From assembly GCF_963921235.1 (NCBI RefSeq), contig NC_086117.1, forward strand, positions 17,980,001 to 18,044,000: a stretch of 64,000 nucleotides of DNA, read 5' to 3'. The notes under the pieces are model-generated. The model had not been told where the DNA came from, did not search any database, and was given only the letters and a program-made list of their open reading frames with translations. Source of the stretch: Mobula hypostoma (Eukaryota). Numbering within the stretch: position 1 is the stretch's first letter; each line of letters begins with the position of its first letter. Positions 39,182 to 51,860 of this stretch are shown here, in pieces. A program made the position numbers and the translations under genes.

Positions 39182-40393
39182 TGAAATGCCATATACTTTT
39201 CAAACGAAAGCTGATTATAAAAGTAAGTGATTTCGCTCTACGCAGTGACTGTCTTGAGTGTGTCTCTGGAATTTGTAATAAAGTCAAAGGCAGTTATTAC
39301 CGTTTACTATTTTTTCATATTAAAAGGCACCCACATAACTACATTACAGAAAGAAGGTACCGTGTGTATCACAACCAAAACAGGCCACAGAAGTATTTTG
39401 TTAGCATTAAAGAGCAATTGGATAATGGGGCACTAAAGGTTTAGCAAGAGGTGACCTTATAGATGTTTACAGCATAGGGAAAATGAAAAAGAAGCTGGTT
39501 ATGACAAGGCGTTTTTGATTCAAAGTTGTGAAGGGCAAGTTCAGTACATTTATGAGGAAACATCTCTTCAAGAATAAAGATAAATTTCTATCACATTAGA
39601 TGTTTACAGAGCTCTTGTGGTGGCTTTGAATGACAGTTGTTTGGCCCAAAATCATATGTTCACAGCAGGTTTAAAATCCATTTCATTCCCAATTTTACAG
39701 CCTGCTGTGAATGGTCAGGGCTTTTCTCTCCACGCACGTTCATGTGGATGTGATTGTTGCACCGCTGTTAAACTCTCACCATTCAGTGGTTATTCAGGAT
39801 GAAGAGGGCAAGGGGTGCTTCGGAGGAGTCATGAAATATTGCATTGTTCAGTGCATTCATGGAAGAGTGATGCAGTATTCTGTCCTCAGAGTGACGTGAG
39901 GAAAAACTTTTCCTATACAGCATGCGGACGAGCTGGAACGTACTGCCTGCAGGTGTGGTGAAGACAGGTTCCTCTGTGACCTGGATAAGTATCTGGTGAA
40001 GGGGCATCCGTAGGGCTACACAGAAAGGGCTGGGGAGAAGGACTGAGGAATTGCTCTGGGAGGGTGCCGCACAACAGACTGACTGGCACCTTCTGTGCTT
40101 TAGCCATCCTTTGGTACCAGAACTGGATCAGGTAGCCTTAAGGGAGGAGTGGTAGAAATGCTAAAATTGGAGATGGTTCCCTGAATTACAGCAGGAATAT
40201 CGGCCAGGAGTAACTGGAGATGCACCTGTTAATGGCACAGTACAGCTGGGACCTGGTAAACATAACATATCCTGTGGCAAAAATCTCTTTTTTTATAAAT
40301 CCACAATTCCAGACAAATTGTATAGATTGCTGGATAAAATAATTTTTAAAAATCAATTTGAGTTTTAGAATACTATATTTTTCATTATTAATC

Positions 40394-41130
40394 ATAGAAT
40401 CATAGTAATCTACAGCACATTACAGGCCCTTCGGCCCGCAATGTTGTGCCGACCATGTAACATCCTCTAGAAACTGCCTAGAATTTCCCCACTGCATAGC
40501 CTCTATTTTTCTAAGCTGCGTGTACCTATCTCTGAGTTTCTAAAAAGACTCTGCTTCCACCACCGTCGCTGGCAGTGCATTCCAAGCACCCACCACTCTC
40601 TGTGTGGAAAAACGTACTCCTGACATCTCCTCTGTACCTACTTCCAAGCACCTTAAACCATGCCCCCTTGTGTTAGTCATTTCAGCCCTGGGAAAAAGCC
40701 TCTGACTATCCACACAATCAATGCTTCTCATCATCTTATACACCTCTATCAGGTTGCCTTTCATCCTCCGTCGCTCCAAGGAGAAAAGGCCAAGGTCACT
40801 CAATTTATTCTCAATAAGGCATGCTCTCCAATCCAGGCAATATCCTTGTAAATCTCCTCTGCACTCTCTCTATAGTATCCACATCCTTCCTGTAGTGAGG
40901 TGACCAGAACTGTACACAGTACTCCAAGTGGGGTCTGACCATGGTCTTATATAGCTGTAACATTACCTCACGGCTCTTGAACTCAACCCCAGGTTGATGA
41001 AGGCCAACACACCAGACGCCTTCTTAACAACACTGTCCACCTGTGCAGCAGCTTTGAGTGTCCTATGGGCATGGACCCCAAGATCTCGCTGATCCTCCAC
41101 ACTGCCAAGGGTCTTACCATTAATATTATA
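40394..41130 (-). mobile_element. CR1-type LINE 3' fragment
   Basis: LGLFSLERRRMKGNLIEVYKMMR...QRVVGAWNALP. Confidence 0.85.
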
Positions 41131-41317
41131 CTGTGCTTTGTCATTGTCCCAAGTAGAGTTCAGTAAAATATGAACAAATACAGAAATATTGATAGTAATA
41201 AGCAGTGCTTTGTAAACAAGGGCTGTATAGTAGTGTGCTAGTTAGTGTAATGCTTTACAGTGCCTGCAATAAGAATATTGGGGTTCAATTCCTGCCACTG
41301 CCTGTAAGGAGTTTGTA

Positions 41318-41890
41318 TCTTCTTCCCGTGACCATGTGCCCATCTTCTTCCCGTGACCATGTGACCATGTGACCATCTTCTTCCCGTGACTATGTGACCA
41401 TCTTCTTCCCGTGACCATGTGACCATCTTCCCGTGACTATGTGACCATCTTCTTCCCGTGACCATGTGCCCATCTTCTTCCCGTGACCATGTAACCATCT
41501 TCCCGTGACCATGTACCATCTTCTTCCCGTGACCATGTGACCATGTGACCATCTTCTTCCCGTGACCATGTGACCATGTGCCCATCTTCCCGTGACTATG
41601 TGACCATCTTCTTCCCGTGAACGTGTGACCGTCTTCTTCCCATGACCATGTGACCATCTTCCCATGACTATGTGACCATCTTCTTCCCGTGACCATGTGA
41701 CCATCTTCTTCCCGTGACCATGTGCCCATCTTCCCATGACTATGTGACCATCTTCTTCCCGTGACTATGTGACCATCTTCTTCCCGTGACCACGTGACCA
41801 TCTTCCCGTGACTATGTGACCATCTTCTTCCCGTGACCACGTGACCATCTTCCCGTGACCATGTGACCATCTTCTTCCTGTGACCATGTG
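41318..41890. repeat. Minisatellite, ~22-33 bp variants of ccatcttcttcccgtgaccatgtga, inside a V-SINE
   Basis: About 20+ tandem variant units; SINE sequence resumes on both sides. Confidence 0.95.
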
Positions 41891-41937
41891 AGTTTCTTCT
41901 GGGTGCTCTGGTTTCCTCCCACATTCCAAAAGACATA

Positions 41938-42450
41938 CAATACTGTGCAAAAGTCTTAGCAACATATATATAGCAAAGGTGCCCAAGGCCTTTGCACAGT
42001 ACTGTGGTAATTTTACATATTGCACTGTATTGCTGCTGTGAAAGAAAATAAATTTCATGAAATATGTGAGTGATGATAAACCTGATTCTGATATGTGACT
42101 CTATCGTGGACTGAGAGTGGGAAGGGGACAGGGAGAAGGGATTCATGGTGGGAAAAGAGGAAGGCAGAGAGGAGGGAGTGGGAAGCACCAGAGAGATATT
42201 CTGTAATGATCAATAAACCAACTGTTTGGAATCAAGTGACCTTGTCTGGTGTCTCAAGACTGGGTGTGTCTGCACCCGTGCTACCTCCCACCCCTCCCAC
42301 AGTGCCCTACTCTCACCATTCCCAGCATCCTTCGCTCACATCAGATTAACAAACGTTCTCTCTGCTCCGTGTTGACAAATGCAGTACTGTGCAAAACTCT
42401 TGGACACATATATGGATAGCTAGGGTGCCTAAGACTTTTGCACAGCACTA
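41938..42450. mobile_element. Composite Tc1-type element, copy 1
   Basis: Mini-hairpins 41938-42004 and 42382-42450 flank a ~375-bp core; TA on both outer sides. Confidence 0.75.
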
Positions 42451-42712
42451 TACGGGTTGGAGTTTGTCAGTTGTTGGCATGCTATGTTGGTCCCCGAAGA
42501 GGGGGCAGCATTTGCCTGCTGCACCCAGCACAACCTTGGACTGTGTCAGTCATTAACACAAACGATGCATTTCACTGTGTGTTTCAATGTAAGTGTGACA
42601 AAACAAAGCTAATCTTTAATCTTTCACCCTATTTTTCAGCTTTATAAATCTCTATGACATTGGCTCATCATTCGTGCCTGGGGGTTAATTTCTCTCTTTT
42701 CCTCCTCTTTAG

Positions 42713-42994
42713 TTCCACCCAGCTTTGATGAGAACTCGGGCCATCCTTCAGAGACAAAAGTTGTCATTGGTCATTCGTTGATCCTGAAGTGTTCTCCAAG
42801 TGGTTACCCACCTCCTGATCTCTCATGGCTCAAAGATGGCGCCCTGCTGATAGGCAATGACAGAATTCAGTTATTGGCCGGAGGGAAGACCCTTAAGATT
42901 AAGAATGCTGGAGCGAGTGACGCTGGCACCTATGTATGTATAGCTCGCAATGCTGCGGGAGAGCAACAACTTCGCTACACCGTGGACATCTTAG
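42713..42994 (+). CDS. HMCN2: Hemicentin exon (282 nt, phase 1-1), whole Ig domain LPPSFDEN...DAGTYVCIARNAAG...VDIL
   Basis: Acceptor cctctttag, donor gtaggc. Confidence 0.95.
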
Positions 42995-43084
42995 GTAGGC
43001 AAAGTTCTATTGAAAAGAAAGTAAAGATTCTGCTAAGAAAAGCAAAGACACTGTTTAAGAAGAGATATGCTAGTGTTGGAGTGG

Positions 43085-43563
43085 GTCCATAGGAGGTTCA
43101 TGGGAATAATTCCTCAAATGAAAGGGGTAACGCATGAGGAGCATTTGATGGCTCTGGGCATGTACCACTGGAGTTTAGAAGAGTGAAGGGAGGATCTCAT
43201 TGAAACTTATTGAATATTGAAAGGCCTTGAAAGAGTAGATATGGAGAGGATATTTCCTATAGTGGGTGAGTCTAGGACTAGAGGGCACAGCGTTAGAATA
43301 GAGGAATGTCTCTTTAGAACAGAGATGGAGAGGAATTTCTTGATCTAGAGGAGTGGTGAATCTGTGGAATTCATTGCCACAAATGGCAAGTCATTGGGTA
43401 TTTTTAAAGCAGAGGTTGATAGGTTCTTGATTGACAAGGGTGCCAAAGGTTGTGGGAAGAAGGCAGGAGAATGGATTTGAGAGGGTTAATGAATCAACCA
43501 TGATGGAGCAGACTCAATGGGCCGAATTGGTTAATTCCACCTTATGTCTCATGGACTTATGGT
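43085..43563 (+). mobile_element. Degraded CR1 LINE 3' fragment (similar fragments ~3500-3805, 19280-19600, 35480-35910, 45165-45535, 54745-55070)
   Basis: ctggagtttagaagagtgaagggaggatctcattgaaac...gtggtgaatctgtggaattc; boundaries approximate. Confidence 0.75.
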
Positions 43564-45672
43564 TAGGAGACCAGATATGCCGTGGCTTAGCTTCAATCTG
43601 GCCTGCAGGTTTAACCCTTGCAGATTTATTGGAAGTCTCTTCGCTTTTTGCCTGGAATTGAATATGAGTTGGTGTCAGTGACTGAGAGTCCACAATACAG
43701 AATTTAATCAGCTGGATTATGCTGGCAAATCCATAGGGAACCACTAGCTGTGTCTCGAATTGTTCCAGACTCTGCGCCTGCACATGGCAAAGAATGTGCA
43801 GGAGATAAGATGCAGGAGAATTTGATCTCTTACACTGTCCTTGCTCTCACTTTGAGGGTAGGAGATTCCTGTAACTTACTGAGCCAAGGGGCTGGGTACA
43901 GTCTGCATTTGGACCATCCATTGTACACCAGCCAAAAGTGATGAATCTGACACAGGCCCACTGATCATTTGCTTGGGATATCTGATTTTGATTATAAAGT
44001 TAAGTTTAGATAAGTGACTTGTTTATTTTGTTTATTTCTCACTATATTAATACATAGAATATAAAACAGTACAGGCCTTTCAGCCCACAATCTTGTGTCA
44101 ATCTTGATGCCATTCTTATAATAAATGTTCTCCTCCTGTGCATCTTCCACATTCCTCTATTTCCCTCGTATTCATGCACCTATCTAAAACCCTCTTAAGC
44201 TCCAGCAAGCTGTCTGCTTCCACTGCAACCATGGTAACCAATTCCAAGCACCTATCATTGTCTGTGTTTAAAAAAAAGCTTGCCTCTTACATCACCTCTA
44301 TAAATGAAACGTTTTAAATTTGTTAAAGGTAATGATGCTTTTTCAAAAAAATCTATTCTTAATTTGTTAAGAATTCCTAAAGTACATTGGCCACTTTGTC
44401 AAAGGCTGCCAAGTGAATGCCCATGGGATGATCATCTGAAGGCCTTGTTTCCAGTTGTGGCCTTTTCTAATTGCCGGCTTGCTGCAGAACCAAGGCCTCA
44501 GGTCATTGGGAACCGTGTGGCTGCAAAAGGTCACGGTTTGAAGGGGCGAACTTTGACAGCTCATCGGGTGAACATGATCATAATCAGAAGCCTTAATTAA
44601 TTCACTCATTCATTCATTTTGAGATACAGCATGGAATAGGCCTTTCCAGTTCACCGACAACCCCGATTTAACCGCAAGCTAATCCCAGGACAATTTACAA
44701 TGACCAATTAACCTACCTAGTACATGTTTAGACTGTAATGTTCTTGATACATTTGGGTGTGATGCTCTGACCTTGAGAATTAAGCTTCCTTGACGTAAAG
44801 TAATGTACCTTAATTTAGTGAAAATAGGGAGAAGTAGTTTCAACCAAAGAGAGTGGCCAAAGGACTGGGTAAAAATCCGAGGTGAGATTAGGGTTATTTT
44901 TATGCAGTGGCTTGTGTGATTTGCCAGTCAGAGCAGAAATAAGAACTCTGAAATGGAATTGGTTTCATACCTATAAACCAGTGTTTCTGATAAAGTGGCT
45001 AATTGCATAACGAGAAGATGTTCCTTGCCTGGTGATCTCTCAGGTGTATGAGTATGGATGGGGAGAGGGAGAGAATGCAGCCAGCGACCTTTCATTGCTA
45101 GGAAGTGGTAAAGGGAGAAATGTGACTTTCACTTCCTGTTGTGTGGACAGTGCATGAGGGCATTTTCTGTTTAAGGTGAGAGGGGAGAGATTTAAAAGAG
45201 ACCTGAGGGGTAACATCTTCAAGCATAATGTGGTGTGTGAATGGAACAAACTGCCAGAGGAAGTAGTTGAGGCAACTAAAACAGCAGCATTAAAAAGTAC
45301 ACATTCGGACAGGTAGATGGTCAGGAAAGGTCTAACAGACGTTCTTGACCTTTTTTTTGATGCCTTGGACCAATGCCATTAAACAAAGGGCCCAAGGACC
45401 CCAGGTTGGGAACCCCTGGTCTAGAAGGATGAGGGGCAAATATGGACCAATGGGAGTAGCTTGGATGGGCTTCTTGGTTGGCATGGACAAGTTAGATTGA
45501 TGGGCCTGTTTCAGTGCTCTATTACTCTATAACTCTAAGAAAGGACTTTTTTTTGGATAGAAATATTCCATCTTTTCTCAAGGAGATGCTAACCAAAAAA
45601 GAAGGTTAATTGTCAATATAATTGTACCCTATTAGACGCCATGTGAAATGATGCTGTCAATTGTATCCACAG

Positions 45673-45778
45673 TCCCCCCTCAACTACTGATTGGAGAGTC
45701 TTCTGATGTGACCGTGACCATTGATAACCCACTGGAGCTGTCTTGTCAAGCAACTGGTCACCCACCACCAAAAATAAT
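45673..45778 (+). CDS. HMCN2: Hemicentin exon (106 nt, phase 1-2): VPPQLLIGESSDVTVTIDNPLELSCQATGHPPPKIM
   Basis: Acceptor tatccacag, donor gtgagt; absent from ORF track. Confidence 0.92.
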
Positions 45779-46037
45779 GTGAGTTCCTATTCTGCTCTTT
45801 GGATAATTGCTTACAGAAGATGCCAATGGTAATCATTTGCACATGTCTTTTTGGACATTGTCAATGCTCGTACGTCTCTCTGTGGTGGGTCCCACGTGGA
45901 CGGTGAACGTGCAGGGCATTGGATGCTGGCTGTAGGAGGGAACAAGGCTAATTGAGTATGGTGTTGGGACAGCCAGGAGTCAATTTCTTTCATTTGTAAA
46001 GAGAACTTTGTACATTTCCAATATACACTGGAATGTT

Positions 46038-46705
46038 AAACACAAGGCATTCTGCAGATGCTGCAAATCTTGAGCGACACACTCAAACTGCTGGAGGAAC
46101 TCGGCAAGTCAATCAGCATCTATGGAGTTGAGGTTACTGGCCGAGGCCCTTCATCAGGACTGGAAAGGAAGGTGGGGAAGGCGAAGCCAAAATGAGGAGG
46201 TGGGGGAAGGGGAAGGAGTGCCAGGTGATCAGAGAGACCAGGGGAGGGGGAAGGTGGGGGTTGGGGGAGGGGAGAGGGAATGAGGTAAGAAGCTGGTACA
46301 GGATAGGTGGAAGAGATAAAGGGCTGAAGAAGGAGGAATCTGATAGGAGAAGACAGTGGACCATGGAGGAAAGGGAAGGAGGAGGGTTACCAGAGAGAGG
46401 TGATGGGCATGTGAGGTGAAGAGAAGGGGTGAGAGGGTAAACAGAATGATGAATAGAAAAAGGGAGAAGGATGGGGGGGGGGTGGAGAGAGAGAAATTAC
46501 TAGAAGCTGGAGAAATCAATGTTCAAGCTATCAGGTTTGATGCTACCTAAATGGGACACGTGGTTTTTCTCCCTCAACTTATGTTTGGCCTCATCATGGC
46601 AGTGGAGGAGGTCTTGGACAGACATGTCAGAATGGGAAAGGGAAGTTGAATTGAAATGGGTGGCCACCGGAAAGTGAAATGGGTGGCCACTGGAAGATCC
46701 TACCT
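46038..46705 (-). mobile_element. Degraded Penelope-like element 3' end
   Basis: pLTR plus reverse-strand PVATHFNS..SHSDMSV relic; short tandem duplication near 46652-46697. Confidence 0.75.
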
Positions 46706-48024
46706 TTAGCAGCCATTAAAGCAAGGTTTTTATAAATTAATTCTATCTGTAATATTGGAATGTTGCTGGTTGGATCAGTGTTCTCTGCCTTCCCTCTGCC
46801 TCAACGCGATCCCTTACCAGAAAAATTCAAACACGTTCTCCCTGGAATGGTAAGCGTTTCCTACCGCATCCCAAAGTCACGCAGGTTAGTAGGTTAATGG
46901 GCTGCCGTAACTTGTAGATGAGTGGCAGAATGGAATTTATGGGAATGTGGAGGGATTCAGAAATGGGATCACTGTAGTATTAGTGTAAAAGGGTGGTTGG
47001 TTGTTAGAGTGGACTCAGTGGACCGCATGGCCAGTTTCTGTGTTTGACGCTCACGTCGTGCCTATTTTTCTTTTAGTCTGAAGTAGATTTTGACCCACCA
47101 TGATACGAATAGGCAGTTATGGTCTTAAGATGAACTCTTAAGCTCTTGACTGTGGAATGAGCTGCCAGCAGAAAGGTTTGAATAGGTACATGGCTGGGGG
47201 GTTATGGAGAGCGACTGTCCAGGTGTGGGTTGATGGTCTGAGCAGAATAACAGGTTGGCATGGACTAGATGGGCTGAAGAGCCTGTTTCTGTGCCATAGT
47301 GCTCTGTGGCTCTATTGTCTAATGGTCAGATAAATGCTCATTCTTTGATAAAAACAGAACTAGCAGGAAACGCTCAGTGGATTGCAGAATTATGGAAAAC
47401 TAATGACCTAATATAGGCTATTTGGCCTGCTGAGTCTGTGCCTATCCAAGAAGAGCTACTTAACCTTCCGCACTCGTTAACCACAGAACGGAGAGCTTTA
47501 CAGCACACTATAGGCCCTTTAACCTACGATGTTCCACCGGCTTTTAACATACTCTTAGGATCAAGCTAACCCTTCCCTCTTACATAGCCCTCCATTTTTC
47601 TATCATCCATGCGCCTACCTAATAGTTCGTTAAATGTCCCTATTGTACCTGCCTCTACCACCTTACACTTGCCGGTTACAACTCTGCAGCCCCATCCTCA
47701 AGTACTGTTTAAATATGATGATATTTTCTCTGTCTTCTACCTTTCCAACTGTGATTTCCAGATTCCCATTAACATCTGGGTGATTTTTCTTCTCATTTAT
47801 TTTGAAGAACTTAGATTTTTGCACAGTCTCATGTGTTTCTGATTCTGCTCCTATGATTTGTAGACTTACAAATGTAAATATCACTCTGTTCATGGTTATT
47901 AAGAGCATTTCACTCTTTGAGGCAGACTGTCCTCAATCCAGTTCCAAACGAAACTTATTATTGTTGTGAATATCTAACTTTATTTTGTGTAACAGAGCCT
48001 GATTTCCTCCTTTCTGTCTGTCAG

Positions 48025-48194
48025 GTGGCTGAGGAACAATGTTCCACTTACTGAGCTGGACAGCGCTTGGGTGTCGTCTGACCAGAGCAGACTCTTTATT
48101 GGCCGCACGAGACTGATGGATGAGGGCCACTATGTCTGTCTAGCCAAAAATGAGGCAGGCGAAGAGAGAGGAGAGTTTGAGGTCACAGTCCACG
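48025..48194 (+). CDS. HMCN2: Hemicentin exon (170 nt, phase 2-1): WLRNNVPLTELD...DEGHYVCLAKNEAGEERGEFEVTVH
   Basis: Acceptor ctgtctgtcag; donor gtacaa is weak but in the expected phase; absent from ORF track. Confidence 0.9.
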
Positions 48195-49996
48195 GTACAA
48201 CACTTATAAAACTGCAACGATTTATGATTGTGATTTAAATTTGAGCTTCCATGCCATGTAAGAGTTACAATCAAAAATGCTTGTTCGTATTAGCGGTGCA
48301 ATATTCCCAAGAAATGTGTAGCATTCTGGAATCACTTTGAAAACATGCTCAATAGGTTCCTTGACTTTAAATTTAATAACTTTTTCATAAATGTGCAACT
48401 TGCTCCCTCCATTTTATAGCTAGAACTGAGGGACGAAAGGGAAAACACCTTTTAAGTCTCTCAAGTCCGATCTTGCTCAGGTGCAGTCGAAATGTATCCA
48501 AATACTTTAGTGCCTGAAAATTTCCGATTTCCTGTCCTCCAATGTGAGGTCTGAAGTAACATTTTATTGTGACATTTTTTGCTAGATTCAGTGCCAATCC
48601 TATAAGCAAGCTCTCTCCTTTCCCACAAAGGTAAAGGTCCTTGCAAATTATCAGACACTGTACAAAAGGGGCTTTATTGACTCTGAAGTACTGAGGGACA
48701 ATCAGACACTGTTGAAGATGCAAGTTGAATTTAAGTTTGTCTTTCAAATCCTGCCTGGCAAACTCTAAAGGTTTAACAATCCTTATCACTTGAAGTCCAT
48801 GTTTCTGGAAATTAGCCCCCAGCATCTCAGTGCTTTGCAGCTCAGGGTTGGCACAACATTGTGGGCCGAAGGACCTGTAATATGCTGTACTGTTCTATGT
48901 TCTCTGTTCTATGTTCCATGCTCTGCAGCTCAGCCTTAAATCTTTTCATTTTTATGGATGGAGCAAGCAACTTTGAACAATGAGAGTACTTTGAACAATG
49001 ATAAGCCAAATAATACTGTAGTGAAAAAGTATTCACATAAAAAACTCAGCTGGTTTCAATCTAACTGCTTTTGCCTCTGTATTTGATTTGTGTCGCTGTC
49101 TCAGCCTTGAGTATATTAAGATTTCTGAGCTATAGGAAACAGCCAGGGAAGTGGAGTTGAGGTCAAGGTAAGATTGGCCGAGTGGGCTGTGTGGTGCCTC
49201 CTGGTCCTATATTCTGCCGTACATATGGAAACACGCTGAAATGCACAATTTTTAACAAACCTACATTCAGTGGCCACTTTATTAGATACACCTGTACCCC
49301 TGCTCATTAATGCAAATATCTAATCAAACAATCATGTGGCAGCAACTCAATGCATAAAAGCATGCAGACATGGTCAAAAGGTTCAGTCATTGTTCAGACC
49401 AAACATCAGAATGAGGAAGAAATGTGATCTAAGCGACTTTGACCATGGAATAATTATTGGTGCCAGATGAGGTGGTTTGAATATCTCAGAAAATACTGAG
49501 CTCCTGAAATTTCATGCATCACGGCCTCTGGAGTTTACAGAGAATGGTTCAAAAAACAAAATAAAAAACATCCAGTGAGCAGTGGGCAAAAAATGCTTTT
49601 TTAATGAGAGAGGTCTGAGGAGAATGGCCAGGCTGGTTCAAGCTGACAGGACAGTGACAGTAACTCAAAAACCGTGTGTTATAACTGTAGTGTGCAGAAG
49701 GACATCTCTGAATGCACACCACATTGAACTTTGAAGTGGATGGGCTACAGCAGCAGAGGACGATGAACATACCTACACTCAGTGACCACTTTATCAGGTA
49801 CAGGAACTACCTAATAAAGTGATGACTGAATGCATATTCAAATTTTAATAAAATATCAGAACAGCAAAGCACCATGTTCAAAATATTTGTCACCTGCTTT
49901 TTATAAGTGCAATTTCATCTATATTAATTGCTTGTTCCAGTCTGCTTAATTTGCTTTGATCAAATTCCCTAATTATTGACTATATTTGGTATCTAG

Positions 49997-50151
49997 TCCC
50001 CCCAGTGGTGAGGATTTTGGGAGCCGAGAGTTTGTCCATCATGACTGGTCAGTCTGTTACACTGGAGTGTGCTGTTACTGGAACCCCAACACCTTTGATG
50101 ACGTGGCTGAAGGATGGACAGGTGCTCACCAGAACAAATGGGAGCGTTAAG
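49997..50151 (+). CDS. HMCN2: Hemicentin exon (155 nt, phase 1-0): VPPVVRILGAE...VTLECAVTGTPTPLMTWLKDGQVLTRTNGSVK
   Basis: Acceptor ggtatctag, donor gtaagt; absent from ORF track. Confidence 0.92.
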
Positions 50152-50337
50152 GTAAGTACTGACGTTTGACTCACACAGTCATAGAATCTTCTTTGGTTGT
50201 CAGATTCCGGGCAGATGAGATTCTGACAGTGTCAGAGCCCCGAGTCCAATTCTGACCTAGAGTGTTGTCTGTGTCACATTTTCACGTTTCCCCTATGAAT
50301 ACGGTGGATTTCCTCCTGCATCTTAAGGATCTTATAT

Positions 50338-50640
50338 ATACAGGCATCCGTTAGTCTCGTGAGACCATGGATTTGTGCCTTGGAAAGTTTCCAGGGCGCA
50401 GGCCTGGGCAAGGTTGTATGGAAGACCGGCAGTTGTCCATGCTGCAAGTCTCCCCTCTCCACGCCACCGATGTTGTCCAAGGGAAGGGCATTAGGGCCGA
50501 GACAGCTTGGCACCGGTGTCATCGCAGAACAATGTGTGATTAAGTGCCTTGCTCAAGGACGCACACGCTGCCTCAGCTAAGGCTTGAACTAGCAACCTTC
50601 AGATCACTAGACCAACGCCTTAACCACTTGGCCACGCGCC
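50338..50640 (-). mobile_element. tRNA-headed CORE-like SINE
   Basis: Minus strand ggcgcgtggccaagtggttaaggcg (A box), gttcaag (B box), gtccttgagcaaggcacttaa (CORE-like). Confidence 0.65.
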
Positions 50641-50796
50641 AACACTCTTGGGGAATATGCCCAGAGGAAAACGTGTAATTGATGGTGGGCTAATTGATCA
50701 CTACAAATTGATCTGGTCTGGTGTGTAGGTGAGCGGGCGGCACCTGGGGTGGGGGTTTATAGAAGAAAATGTGGGGATTTATTTTTTAATTACAAA

Positions 50797-51860
50797 GCAG
50801 CACACACAAACTGCTGGAGGAACTCAGCAGGTCAGGGGGCATCTGTGGAAATAAATAAACAATCGATGTTTCAGTCCGAGATCCTTCTTCAGGACTGAGA
50901 AGGGAGGGAGAAGATGGCAGAATAAAAAAGTGGGGGGAAGGGGGAAGGAGGCTAGCTGGAGGGTCAAGGACTGGAGAGAAGAAGGAATCTGATAGGAGAG
51001 GAAAGTGGACCACAGGGAAAACAGAAAGAGGAGGGGATCCAGGAGGAAGTGAGAGGCAGGTGAGAAGAGGTAAAAATCCACAGTAGAGCATAGAAGACAG
51101 GAGAGGGAGGGAATTTTTTTAAACTGGTAGGAGGAATTGATAATCTTGCCATCAGGTAGGAGGCTACCCTAATGGAATATAAGGTGTTGTTTCTCTAACC
51201 TGCGTGTGGCCTCATCGCACAGTTGAGGAGGCTATGGACTGACATGTCGGAATGGAAATGGGACGTGGAATTAAAATGGGTGGCCACTGGGAGATCTTGC
51301 TTTTTCTGGTGGACGGAACATAGGTGCTCAGTGAAACGGTCTCCCAATCTTCATCAGGTCTCACCGATTTACTAGAGGCCACACTGGGAGCACCAGATAC
51401 AGTAGATGATGCCAACAGACTCACGGGTGAAGTGTCGCTTCACCTGGAAGGACGGTTTGGGGCACTGAATGGTAGTGAGGGAAGAGGTTTAGGGGCAGGT
51501 GTAGCACTCATTCCGCCTGCTACGGTAAGTGCCAGGAGGGAGATCAGTGGGGAGGGGCGAATGGACAAGGGAGTCATGTAGACAGCAATCCCTGCCGAAA
51601 CCAGAAAGTGGGATGGAGGGAGAGATGTGATTTCCCCCTTCTCCAGCCCTGTACCTCTTTCTCTAATCGACTTCCCAGCTCTTTACTTCACCCCTCCCAC
51701 CTATCACCTTGAAGTTCATGCCATCAGGTTGGAGGCTACCCAGATGGAATATAAGATGCTGCTCCTCCACCGTGAGGATGAGGTGGCCTCATCTTGGCAC
51801 AAGTGGAGCCCATGGACCGACTCGTCAGTACGGAAATGGGAATTGGAATTTAAATGGGAT
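50797..51860 (-). mobile_element. Penelope-like element remnant with pseudogenised GIY-YIG endonuclease and internal rearrangement
   Basis: Minus-strand CYTCP...FQVKRHFTRESVGIIYCIWCSQCGL**IGET..RLGDRFTEHL...DLPVATHFNS; hammerhead-like core at 50861-50896. Confidence 0.82.

Noticed and set aside
38955-39287. ORFs across the N run, or a missing exon in the gap
   Set aside because: The ORFs are artefacts of Ns; the flanking exons join in phase as complete consecutive Ig domains.
41318-41890. CRISPR-like appearance of the array
   Set aside because: No unique spacers, no cas genes, eukaryotic intron, and the unit derives from the host SINE.
41238-42188. 316-aa His/Gly/Trp-rich minus-strand ORF, the longest in the track
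   Set aside because: It is a translation of the minisatellite and flanking SINE/MITE sequence; repeats are open in several frames and there is no gene structure.
50560-50640. tRNA-like sequences (also ~20625-20700 and V-SINE heads)
   Set aside because: A/B boxes are present but run into SINE bodies; I saw no complete cloverleaf, so they are not called tRNA genes.
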